Origin: Octopus sinensis
Lineage: Eukaryota
Length of the DNA: 64,000 bases
Reading direction: 5' to 3'
Assembly (NCBI RefSeq): GCF_006345805.1
Contig: NC_042998.1
Span: 89,466,001-89,530,000 of the forward strand
A model generated the notes under the pieces. It did no database searches. It was given only the letters and a program-made list of their open reading frames with translations, and was not told the origin of the DNA. Made by a program: the position numbers and the translations under genes. Every line of letters starts with the position of its first letter. Within the stretch, counting starts at the first letter, position 1. This document shows, piece after piece, positions 28,701 to 38,325 of the stretch.

Positions 28701-29512
28701 GGCCAACATATTAAAGAACGGCAGTAGCCCAACATGTCGTGTATGCCGACAACAAAATGAAACCATTGATCATGTTGTCTCCAAATGCAGTCTTCTAGCG
28801 CCTACAGAGTACCTCAACAGGCATGATAGAGCTGCAGAATATATTCACTGGGTAATTTGCAAAAACCTGGATTTGCCCCATGAAAAAAACTGGTGGGAAC
28901 ACAATCCACCTCCAGTGCTTGAAAATGACCACATCTCACTCCTCTGGAACTTCACCATTCAAACTGACAGAAAGATATATGCAAATAGGCCAGACATCAT
29001 AGTGAAAGACTTCAGACAAAGAACATGCCTCCTCATTGATATGACTGTCCCAATCGATATAAACGTATCTGTCAAGACCTACCAAAAACTGAGCAAATAT
29101 AAAGATCTTGAAATAGAAATCAGCAAAATGTGGAAGCTGAAGTCTAAAACAATACCCGTTATCATAGGTGCCCTGGGAATGATAGCGAAAGGGACTGATT
29201 GCTACCTAACTCAGATACCAGGAAACCCCAAAATGGCAGAAATTCAAAAGATAGTGCTCATGGGAACTGCTCATATCCTACGCAAAATATTCTCTATGTA
29301 ATCCCAATGTTTAAAACAAACTTTTTTTTTATCTATTTATTTATTCATATTTTTTTTTTAATTTTATTTTTATGTATTAGACATTCACTAGTACAATACC
29401 AAAAAAAAAACCCCCAAATATATGGCACAGAACTTCCAGCCTGTTGTCTCTTGAGGTCTCTGGGTGAGACTTGGAGCCAACTTGTACAGACATAAAGCAA
29501 AAATCAAACATA

Positions 29513-29513
<1 letters not shown>
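25799..29513 (+). mobile_element. Near-full-length R4/Dong-clade retrotransposon (family 3), inactivated
   Basis: Single-ORF layout: N-terminal KWSREDNKEVLEAFY...W...LANVRRNI block, KPSWQERL, RIARYEKR...F.NNPKNFYR, RT (NYRPITCL, QKGC, AWIDYKKAFDS, FQGD, YMDD), CCHC, RHD, PD..D..K nuclease and 3' UTR. (TAA)n both sides. Lesions near 26045, 26435, 26936 and 27035; no in-frame start at the 5' junction. Confidence 0.97.
27130..29301 (+). CDS. 723-aa uninterrupted RT plus RLE endonuclease frame (open from about 27037)
   Basis: ORF track plus the motifs listed for the element; it is the C-terminal part of a disrupted single ORF. Confidence 0.9.
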   Translation: MQHPSRMPPWLVNALTFLLPKSEETNEPKNYRPITCLTTMYKTLTSVLTEYTYSFLTDSSIFPNEQKGCKRGSYGCKDQLLINKMILEDCHKRHKNLSIAWIDYKKAFDSLPHSWIRKCLEMYKIAPTLRNFLTVSMRSWRTTLTLNSDNESLNAGDVKISCDIFQGDSLSPLLFCLSLIPLSKLLNDAQYGYKMFDKNINHLIYMDDLKLFAKNDQQLKGLLAIVKQFSDDIRMQFGLDKCAKATFIKGKMTETSNVNLDQQNVIKELDPAESYKYLGVIEGNGIRHSEMKERIRRECYRRVRAILKTELNARNRIEAINALAIPVVTYSFNIINWSITEICQLDRKIRKLLTMHRMHHPKADTERLYLPRKEGGRGLLQLAITMKIATIGLDTYLKNSEVWMLKLVSKHENKKASYSVTKQAKEYLSEFRIQQISELEIDIQETSTEKARRMKTRAKSAALDILNNKWQEKPLYGKYPKRANNADIDKALTHQWLMASGLKSETEGFIIAAQDQCLPTRNYQANILKNGSSPTCRVCRQQNETIDHVVSKCSLLAPTEYLNRHDRAAEYIHWVICKNLDLPHEKNWWEHNPPPVLENDHISLLWNFTIQTDRKIYANRPDIIVKDFRQRTCLLIDMTVPIDINVSVKTYQKLSKYKDLEIEISKMWKLKSKTIPVIIGALGMIAKGTDCYLTQIPGNPKMAEIQKIVLMGTAHILRKIFSM

Positions 29514-29583
<70 letters not shown>
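29514..29583. repeat. (TAA)n microsatellite
   Basis: Direct reading of the sequence. Confidence 0.95.
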
Positions 29584-29992
29584 GTGAGCTGGGTGATTTG
29601 AAGCGTACAACCGAAAGCCTGATCATTGCTGCACAAGACCAGTCTCTCGCTACCAATTCAGTGAAGTGTAACATCTATAAAACGTCTGACACTCAGAAGT
29701 GCAGACTCTGGGGATATTCTCACATTGAGTAAGAGAGACAAATACTGTCAGATCATTGATGTAGCCATACCAAATGACATGAACGTTGTGAGTAAAGAGG
29801 TTGAAAAAATTACCAATTACTCCGAACTGAAAGTGGAAGTGGCAAGAACATAAGGAATGCGAGTGGGTAATGTAAAAGTGATACCAGTGGTGACCGGCGC
29901 GTTGGGCTCAATCCCATTGAAACTTCAGGGTTTCTTAAGGCAACTGGAAATCCCATGCAAGATTGATGTCTTGCAATAAGCAGCCTTATTGC
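29584..29992 (+). mobile_element. R4/Dong-clade fragment with internal deletion (family 5)
   Basis: GDLKRTTESLIIAAQDQSL...KCRL, then QIIDVAIPND...KEVEKITNYSELK and VIPVVTGALG; matches 60230-60370; 3' end missing. Confidence 0.85.
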
Positions 29993-30145
29993 AGCTTCAT
30001 TTGCTTTCACGTTTCAATAGCACCTCGAACTTTTCCTTAACCTTTCGTTTGATTACTATAAGAAAATCAGATGTATTTTAAATACGTATCGTCACCGCAA
30101 GAACGATTCTAGAATATTTCTTTTCAGTTTGATTCTTGTTTTCAG

Positions 30146-30256
30146 TCGACGTAAATATTTCGAAGCTGATTTCATTAAAGAGGAAGAGTTTATTTCTATA
30201 GTAATACTGTTTATTGTTCGACACAAAATTAGACCCCGTCGTGTTGTGGATCAGCT
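30146..30256 (+). other. Candidate 111-nt internal exon of an unidentified gene or lncRNA
   Basis: Acceptor TTTGATTCTTGTTTTCAG, donor GTAAGT, length divisible by 3, one open frame (RRKYFEADFIKEEEFISIVILFIVRHKIRPRRVVDQL); no homology recognised. Confidence 0.3.
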
Positions 30257-30375
30257 GTAAGTTAAGACAAAGACATGAACCCTGGTTAATGGACATTTAG
30301 TATGTCATCTGAGCTATCCTGCTATCCTTCTGTCACTCTATCCGCCTTTGTCTTTCTCACTTCTCCACCTTATCA

Positions 30376-30890
30376 ATGTTGATGCGCTCATATGTATGTC
30401 TATGTACCCACACGTGCGCGCGCACACACACACATACATACACACATACGCCTATACTCTCATGCATACAAACAGACGCTCACACATGTCTTTGTATATT
30501 TACGTGTGTTTGTTTTTATGAAACTTGTTTGATCTCAATAACACTCACGCACACACATAAATATGTGTATATCTATCTATCTATATATGTATGTGTATTT
30601 ACATATATATTTGTGTGTGTGTATATACATACGAATAAATATGCATATATATATAAATATGTGTATGTTTATATATATATATGTGTGTGTATATGTATAT
30701 GTATGTATGTATGTATGTATGTCTACGCGCGCGCACAGGCACTCCAAAGGAAAGAAATAAGGGTTAAGAAGATATGTGTATGTGTGTGTCTGCGTGTGTT
30801 GTGTTTGTTTATACATGAATGTGTGTATGAACTTGTGTGTACTGGGGTGTATGTGTGCACATGCGCATATGAATGTGTATATGACATATG
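30376..30890. repeat. Mixed (CA)n/(TA)n/(TG)n low-complexity tract
   Basis: Direct reading of the sequence. Confidence 0.9.
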
Positions 30891-31746
30891 TTAGTAGCTA
30901 TACAGGGTTTCGTGGAGAATGTTAGTGTAGCAAAGGTTAATATGAGTGTTTAGATACGCCCGACTGCAGTGATTAACTGATAACATGACTTGTCAAAAAT
31001 ATTCCACCTTTTTACTGTAAAAAACAAAGCAGTCTACTAAGAAATTAGACTCGCTGATAAATTCGATACCCATTTTATTATTCATATTCTTGTTCTCATT
31101 TAGGCTCTAAATAGTAGGCATAATTACAGATATAGTATAAGGAGATACCGAAAGGGATCATCTAAATTTATGGCACTATTTCAATTATATTTTGAGGTCC
31201 ATGCCCGGTAAATAACAACAGAAATTCTATCCTTTAATAATGGAATTTGTATCCTTTGTACCCTATAGAAATGTCGACATCTACAATTTCCCTTTAAGCA
31301 CTTCACAAGTTAGGCAGCTCTGCTTAAAGTTATTACGGGTTCAATTCGGACCGAGACAAGGTTCATGTAACAAATGCGGAAATAACGGTCTATTTTAATT
31401 AGTTAACTTCTTAATCATTTAGACCGCTTCCTTTAAATACGCCACCTTCACTCAACCATCTGTTCTTACATTCCACCTCTCGCTTGTCATGCATTCTTCT
31501 CTTATTCGTCACTTTTCTAAAACCAATTCTTTGTTACTTTATAATTTCTACACAAACAGGCAAATCCCTGAAAAATATCTTTTGTTTCTTTTTTCTTCGC
31601 TTCTTTCTTTCTTTCCACTATTTACCTTCTTCCATCTGACGTGACGAAGGATCACTATACTAAACGTCGATAATCATTCTTTCTTTTCTACATTATTTTA
31701 TAAATTGATCTTGGACTTTGATTTTTGTTTTATTTATGTTGTTACA

Positions 31747-32169
31747 GGATCTTTTCGGTTTGAACGGCAGTTTTTTAAAATAATTTCCACGTAACTAAAC
31801 ATTTCTAAACTTCGTATACTGGTAGAATGTGTTCATAAAACATCTTTTTCTCTTTTTTATTGAGAAAATTCTATAGTTTGTAAGATATTTGTTGCTTTTT
31901 TTCCTTCAATTTCTGCAATTTCAACCAATCAATGACGTCTATTGAGGTGAAAACATTCTGTGCCGTATGAATATGTCCCTCGTTTAAGAAACAGATTGGG
32001 TTTATTTACATTTGTGAAGAAAAAATATACCCTTCCCCACCCCTAACCCTAACTAACCCTAACCCTAAAACAGATTGAAATGCAATAGATCGATACTAGG
32101 GCCATAACTATGAGTGACAATTTCATATGATACTGCTAGAAAAAACTGCCGTTCAAACCGAAAAGTTCC
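31747..32169. mobile_element. 423-bp non-autonomous DNA transposon (MITE) with ~29-bp TIRs and 8-bp TSD, containing (CCCTAA)n
   Basis: TIRs GGATCTTTTCGGTTTGAACGGCAGTTTTT and AAAAACTGCCGTTCAAACCGAAAAGTTCC (one mismatch); TTGTTACA at 31739-31746 and 32170-32177. Confidence 0.9.
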
Positions 32170-32269
32170 TTGTTACATGTTATCCACCTGTTTATTAGTT
32201 TGTAAACTGTCTATGAATTAGTGAAGCAACAATTGTTTCTACACTTGTTATATTGCCGTATTAAACTTC

Positions 32270-33010
32270 GTCAATCTGCGTTCAAATTCTGCTGAGTCGG
32301 CTTAACTTTTCATTTTTCTCAGTGAATGGAATAAGTAGTCTTCAATCACTTAGGTCTATTTAAGTGAGTAACCCACTTCCTCGAATTTCTAGCATTGAAG
32401 CTATGTTAGACAAAGACGGTGGATTTGAAAAATCGTTAGAGGATTGGAAAAAAATCCGTGCGGCATTTGCAACTATTTTTTTATGTTCTGAATTCAAATC
32501 CGCCGAAATTTAATTTAGCTTTTCATGTTTTTTTTTTTTCCGGGAGTGATAAAATAAAGCTGAGTTGGAATTAGTTGACTGTTACTTCTCCGGAAGAAAG
32601 TATGATTATTAGGTTGGTGAGTTGACAGAATCAGAGCATGGGAAACATACCTTGCAATATTTGTTCCGCCTCCTTTTTTTTCTTTTGATCAAATACCTTC
32701 GACATTAAATTTGCCTTTCATCTTTCGGGATTGATAAAATACTAGTCAAGTATTGTGGTTGATACAATCGACTAACTCACTTATCTCGAAATTGCTATCC
32801 TCGTCCCTAAATAAAAAGCCTTTATTATGAAGAACGTTTTGCTGGAAGAACTGTTACAGCGTCGGACAATATGCTTTGTCCTATTTCTTCCGGGTCTTTA
32901 TGTTCTGAGTTCAAGTCTCACTGAGGTCAACTTCACCTTTCATCCTTCCAGAATTGGTAGATTAAAATACAAGTCATGATCTGATTTAATCGACTACTCA
33001 TTATCCTTAA
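32270..33010 (+). mobile_element. Cluster of about four decayed family-B SINE fragments
   Basis: Repeated GTTCAAATTC/AATTCAAATCC/GAGTTCAAGTC B-box-like motifs followed by TTTCATC.TT..GG..TTGATAAA. Confidence 0.7.
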
Positions 33011-33764
33011 TACTGCTATACTGTTGTTCTTTAATAAAATTAGAAACCGTTATTATTTATATCTGTTTACTTGGACTTTCAAAGTAAAGCTACTGTTATA
33101 ACGCTGATAAATAATTTACATCCAGAGCTTGTAAGTTCCCTTTTATTGCTTCAATGAATTTATAACCAGGGCATTTTTTAAAATCTAGAATGTCTTCCAT
33201 CCATCCTTACTCCAATCTGTTGGGGAAGATACTCGAATTTTATTTGTCATTTGCCGACAAGGCAAACAATACCTTTTGAAATAGCTACGGAAGTTGTTGT
33301 AAGGGTAAACTACTATAATAAAGAGAAGAGCGACAGAAACACTGCAAATAATCGAGATACAATAGAGAATAATATAAACGATGTCGACGAAGGCGGAAAG
33401 AATTCCAAGAACAAAAACAACAAGTCTCTTATCAGAGATCTACCCGTTTAGAAAGGGCCTGTGTTTAAACAACACCAATAAAAGGTAACTATTGCAGTCC
33501 TACAATAAAAACGTTAATAACACGAATATAACGACAACAATAAGAACAGCAATATTACAATAAACAAGAGCGACAGCAATATCAATATCAAAAAAAATTT
33601 TTAATCATGTACACACAATGATAAAGACACCAGGGGATATGGTATGTGGGGTGCTTCCTGCAGAGAAAACAGGGATATCTAAGAAAACAAATCCTGAGTA
33701 AGTTCCCGTTTTCTTATTCATGATTTACTCGGGGAAGGGGTTATAAATGTGCATAACTTGGGAG

Positions 33765-33960
33765 AGAAACTTGTAGACGCTGATAATCTCCAACGTGACC
33801 TCAAGTCACTTGATATAGATGTGGTATTTGTTAATGAAACTAAGAATTGCAGCTCACGGCCACTCATAAACTAGGCTGATTGTGACATTTGCGTCTCGTT
33901 CGGGTGACTCGTTTCGATTAGCAGTTACAGTCAATGTGGTTTCCTGTATCTAGAAACATT
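33765..33960 (+). mobile_element. AP-endonuclease N-terminal remnant of an L1/Tx1-type LINE
   Basis: VINVHNLG...LQRDLKSLDIDVVFVNETK matches the APE N-terminal pattern N-V-x-G-L...D-I-x-x-x-Q-E-T. Confidence 0.5.
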
Positions 33961-36900
33961 CTTGGACACATGCCTCTCCATAATTAATGGGGGAGACAGA
34001 AACGCATATTTTCTTTGTGTTGTGGTAAAATGGAAATATTTGATCATTTCAGTTAGTTGTAATTGTATTGGACGATTTTATGAATTCGCCAATGATTTAT
34101 AGAAACCCCAGAAAGTCAGCTAGACCGTATTTATATAGAATATTCATTAAGTTAAAGATAGTACTACTTAAAGATGGTATGCACAGCAGATAGCAGTCTG
34201 AACCCGACGAATCGTGAATGTATACATCATATCGGTGGTGTAAGTTGTTATTGTTGTTATTTTGTCCCATTCAACTAAGCACGATAATCCAATCTTTTCC
34301 GATATAATTGATCTCAGAGTACATTGGTATTATGTGTAGATACGTATCTGTTCATTATACATGATATGTTCATGATGTAAAATTTGCTCCACTGACTTTT
34401 TTTTTTAATTTGAGATGCAAGCAGATTCTACCAGTCAAATTGTTTTGGCTGGTATCCTTTCTGTTCATAATTTGAACAATAATTATTTTTACTTCTAACT
34501 TAGCAGAAGGTTAAAAATATTAGAGCAAGACTATAATTAATTATGTTGACTTCGGTACATTACTGGGACATATTTTATCGATCTAAACTGTTTTCTGGCA
34601 GGGCTAACATTCACGATATAGAGTAACTAAACACTGCAAGTACCCAGTTCAATACGATACGGATTCTGCTTTTAATCTACTTTTAATCGGCGTGGTCAAA
34701 AGAGAAAAGTTAGAGTTCATGACCCTTAACAGGATCTCCAAGGCTGGCTGAAGGAAAAGATAAAGTTATCCTCAAAACTTAACTTGACTTAGTTCGAATA
34801 TTTGTAATAAAGTAGGCTAAAGACAGCTGCAGACAATATGGTAGTGCAATTTTTAAAACCACGTGGCACATTCCATCAACCATCATAAAACGGGCATGGT
34901 CTCGACAGTTTCGATCAGTCTCACTGGAAACGTTTCCAGGCTGCTGCACAGTGCGATTAGATGCGAAACCTTGTAATTGCGAAGCTAAACGTATAAACAC
35001 GCACTAATGTAAATATCCAGAATTTTCTCTTTCACTCTCTCTCTCTCTCTCTGTACATACATACATACACACACACACACACAAAAACACACGCACTCAC
35101 CCACCCACACACATATACATATATGAATGTGTGTATAGATATTAAGGGAAACGAATTACTGTAAGTAAACGTTTAGAAGCGACATAATATCCTTAATAAC
35201 GTTATATTGTTTTACAATTCAATATTTTTAAAGTAGCAGACAAATATAAATTCCTCCATGAGCCTGAAAGGACTAGCTTTAAGTCGATATGTTACGGTTG
35301 ACACTCCAGGATGATCAGGTACCCGTTCAATAATTCTGTTTATATACAAAATTAGGTTCTGCAGCCGTATTCTAACGCTTGTGCATGACTTGTCTCTTTA
35401 CGAGTAATAGATTACTTACACTAATGTACTACAGTTGAAGTCATGTAAGTCGAAATCTGTTGATTTTTTTTGTCCCCACCTTGTATTGTTTCCTCTTTGT
35501 TGACCCCTTGTGGGTTATAAAGAATTCTCTTGTGAAAAAAAAATTCTGTTTATAATGAAGGAGAAATATACACAACTTTACATTTTTCAGTCTGACCTTG
35601 ATTCTAACAACTTCTTCATACACCTCACTACATGAATAGGCATGACGAGATGCATTTCTTCTCTAGATATGATTTTAGTCAGTTGTAGGTTTCTCCAACT
35701 TAGAAATCTGAAGAACCATTCTTGTGGTGAACTATATTCTCTCAGTTTGCAGGTAAATCTAATTACCTACTTTAATTAGTTTACGGTAAAAGACACTGAT
35801 CAAAGAAGGCGCTGCTATTATATGTAAATTAATTATTCAATGCTTGAAAGACAGGTATCTTAACAATTATGCTACATGCAGCAGTTTATAAAGTAGATTA
35901 TTTTCCTGCTGCTGAGAAAGAGTTGATTCTGGATGAAACTGTAGTTAGTGAGCAATTCTAAAAATATAAGTGCTTTTGTTTATTTATCTATACCGCTCGG
36001 TGCTTGTATACCTATGTTTGATTCTCGTCTGCTTACTCTGCTAACATAATTATCAAGCTTTAAAAAGTCAACAGGAAACAAATCTGATATTCGTTTTCGG
36101 TAGTCTCTTAAAAATATTAATTATAGTTAGAAACAGTAGATCTATCCTAGTATTTCATTACTTTCTTTCTTTCACCACTTGGATACTTAAGGCCGTTTTA
36201 AAGCATGTGCGCATTGGATAGATACTCAAGAACCCCATGGGTCCAAGGGTAATAATCTTTGGTAGCAACAGTGGTAGCTGTAGTAAGCTTAAATCTATTG
36301 TTTACTGCAGCATTCATGGCTCTTAACGCTCTCTTGTGGAGGCGGAGAACAACTTCTGATAATTACCTATATTCCTATATCACAGATTCAAATGAAACAA
36401 CAAAATGAATTTTCATACGCTTTGGATATTTCTTTATAGATGCAGTTTCAATTGCAATCTATCGCATAATATATCCGCTTCCTCAGATTATCATCTTTAT
36501 TTCCTTATTGTCAATTTTTCGTTTGTAAAATAAATTATATTTTAGAGTGTATATAATTTACGAGCCGAGAAATGAAACAGCAAATGTCTCTCACACGATA
36601 TACAGTAAATATCGAATAACACTTGGTCGTTTCCTCATTATATAAATACACAGACGTGAATTTGATCCTCAGATGGAAGAATACTTATGTACACAGACAA
36701 AAATAAATAATATCTGTTTCAATATAATCTTCGTTAGGTTCCATATAGGCTCAATGATTCAGGTTTTCAAGGGAGAAAAAGTTCACATCTTTCTCAAGAG
36801 TATTCATTAGCAACGAGAGTGAAGTGAAATAGTTCTGAGAAGAATTTAAAGGGGTTAGCTAAAACTTTGTACCTACAGTATAGTGATTTAGTGCTTACTA

Positions 36901-37049
36901 GTTGGGTGTGTTATAAAGATTTTCTTTTGACGAAGTACATGGCAGTATTTTTAGGATAAAGACAGGAATAGGACACTACGATGTTCATGCCCTTTTGAAA
37001 TTGAAATGAAAATTGTCACCGAAAATTAAAGCTGGTTCACATTTCGATA

Positions 37050-37700
37050 GTAAAAATATATATATATATAAAATAAAATAAAATACAAAATGGGACAAGA
37101 ACGCAAAATATCCGGATAACTAAATGATATAAAAAGGGAGAACAAAACGTCCAGATAGACGATGCAAAAAAACACGGACGGATCATTCGAAGCCTTTTAT
37201 CTTCAGTCAAGAACCGGATCATCCTCGCAATTTCGGCTGATTATCTTAAGATTGCTCCAATCTGGCCAGCCTCAAGGAAAAACTAAGCTAAGAGCATTAG
37301 ATTTCTTGGAAAAAAGCATCGAATGTATACGAAACAAGGACGGAAAAACGGACGATGTTACACGAATATAAATACAAAAATAATACAAAAAAATAATAAT
37401 AATAATAATAACAGGACATAACAACAGGCGTCTTTCGACTGGGGACGAATTGAATTCAGCTGGCGTGTTGAGAATTAAGCCTTACGGCAGATGGAAGAAT
37501 ATTGATGTGGCGGTGACCGTGGTCAAACACAAAAAGGGCTAGCAGTCGGCCAACGGTCACGTGAGAAGAGAAGAGAGAGAAAAAGAGGAACAAAAGAATT
37601 AAGGAGGAGGAGAAGAGAGAGAGCGAGAGAGAGTGTGTAGCAGTATATAGATGGAAGAATCAAGGAGTAGCGAAAAAAAGAGAGACAGGGACATAGTGAA
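37050..37700. repeat. Interspersed repeat of uncertain class (possibly Penelope-derived)
   Basis: Resembles a repeat I recall as abundant in octopus DNA (CATTCGATGC..CCAAGAAATCTAATGCTCTTAGCTTAG on the minus strand); only one copy here and no protein motif recognised. Confidence 0.3.
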
Positions 37701-37724
37701 GTGCGGGAGAATGAAGGAGAAAGT

Positions 37725-37965
37725 CACCTCGGCAGAATTTGAACTCAGAACATAAAGACTGACGAAATGCCGATAAGCATTTTCATTTTGCCCGGGATGT
37801 TAAAGATTCTGCCAGCTCGCCACCTTAATGTTTGTATTGTATTGGTTTCAAATTTCGGGAACAAGGCCAGCAATTTATGGGGTGGGGTTAAGTCGATTAC
37901 ATCAACGTCAGTGCTGAAATGGTCGTTATTTTATCGACCCCAAAATGCTGAGAAGCAGTTCTGTA
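37725..37965 (-). mobile_element. Family-B SINE fragments
   Basis: CCTCGGCAGAATTTGAACTCAGAAC...GATTCTGCCAGCTCGCC is the reverse complement of the family-B head, followed by a tail fragment of a second unit. Confidence 0.85.
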
Positions 37966-38129
37966 AAAAAAATCAACAGAGTCAACTGATATAACCAAGT
38001 AAATTTAATTTTTAATTTGGCTCAATCTAGTATCCTTTTTGTACAGCTGTTGTCACCATTGTTGTACTGATGTGGATACTGCTTAGTCTAGGTCAACTTA
38101 ATTCAAATATACCTTCGATTAAAAGCAAT

Positions 38130-38325
38130 CCGACTGCGTGAGTGAATCGGTAGCAGCATTTATTCTCTCTCTTTAAGCTCTGAGTTTAAATTCCGCCGAT
38201 GTCAGCTTTGCCTTTCGTCATTTTGGGATCGATCAAATGTATCAATCAAGTACTACAGGCACTGCAATCGGCTAAACCTTGTCATCTACAGTTACTGGCC
38301 TTGTGACAAAATGTGAAACAATTTA
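38130..38325 (+). mobile_element. Family-B SINE, decayed
   Basis: CTCTGAGTTTAAATTCCGCCGATGTCAGCTTTGCCTTTCGTC..GGGATCGAT. Confidence 0.75.

Noticed and set aside
32041-32068. Telomere or chromosome-fusion scar
   Set aside because: Only about four units, and they lie inside a TIR/TSD-bounded transposon.
36190-36355. Minus-strand frame VVLRLHKRALRAMNAAVNNRFKL...DYYPWTHG, faintly like an M14 carboxypeptidase C-terminal segment
   Set aside because: Catalytic or conserved residues not matched, weak acceptor, no partner exons found.
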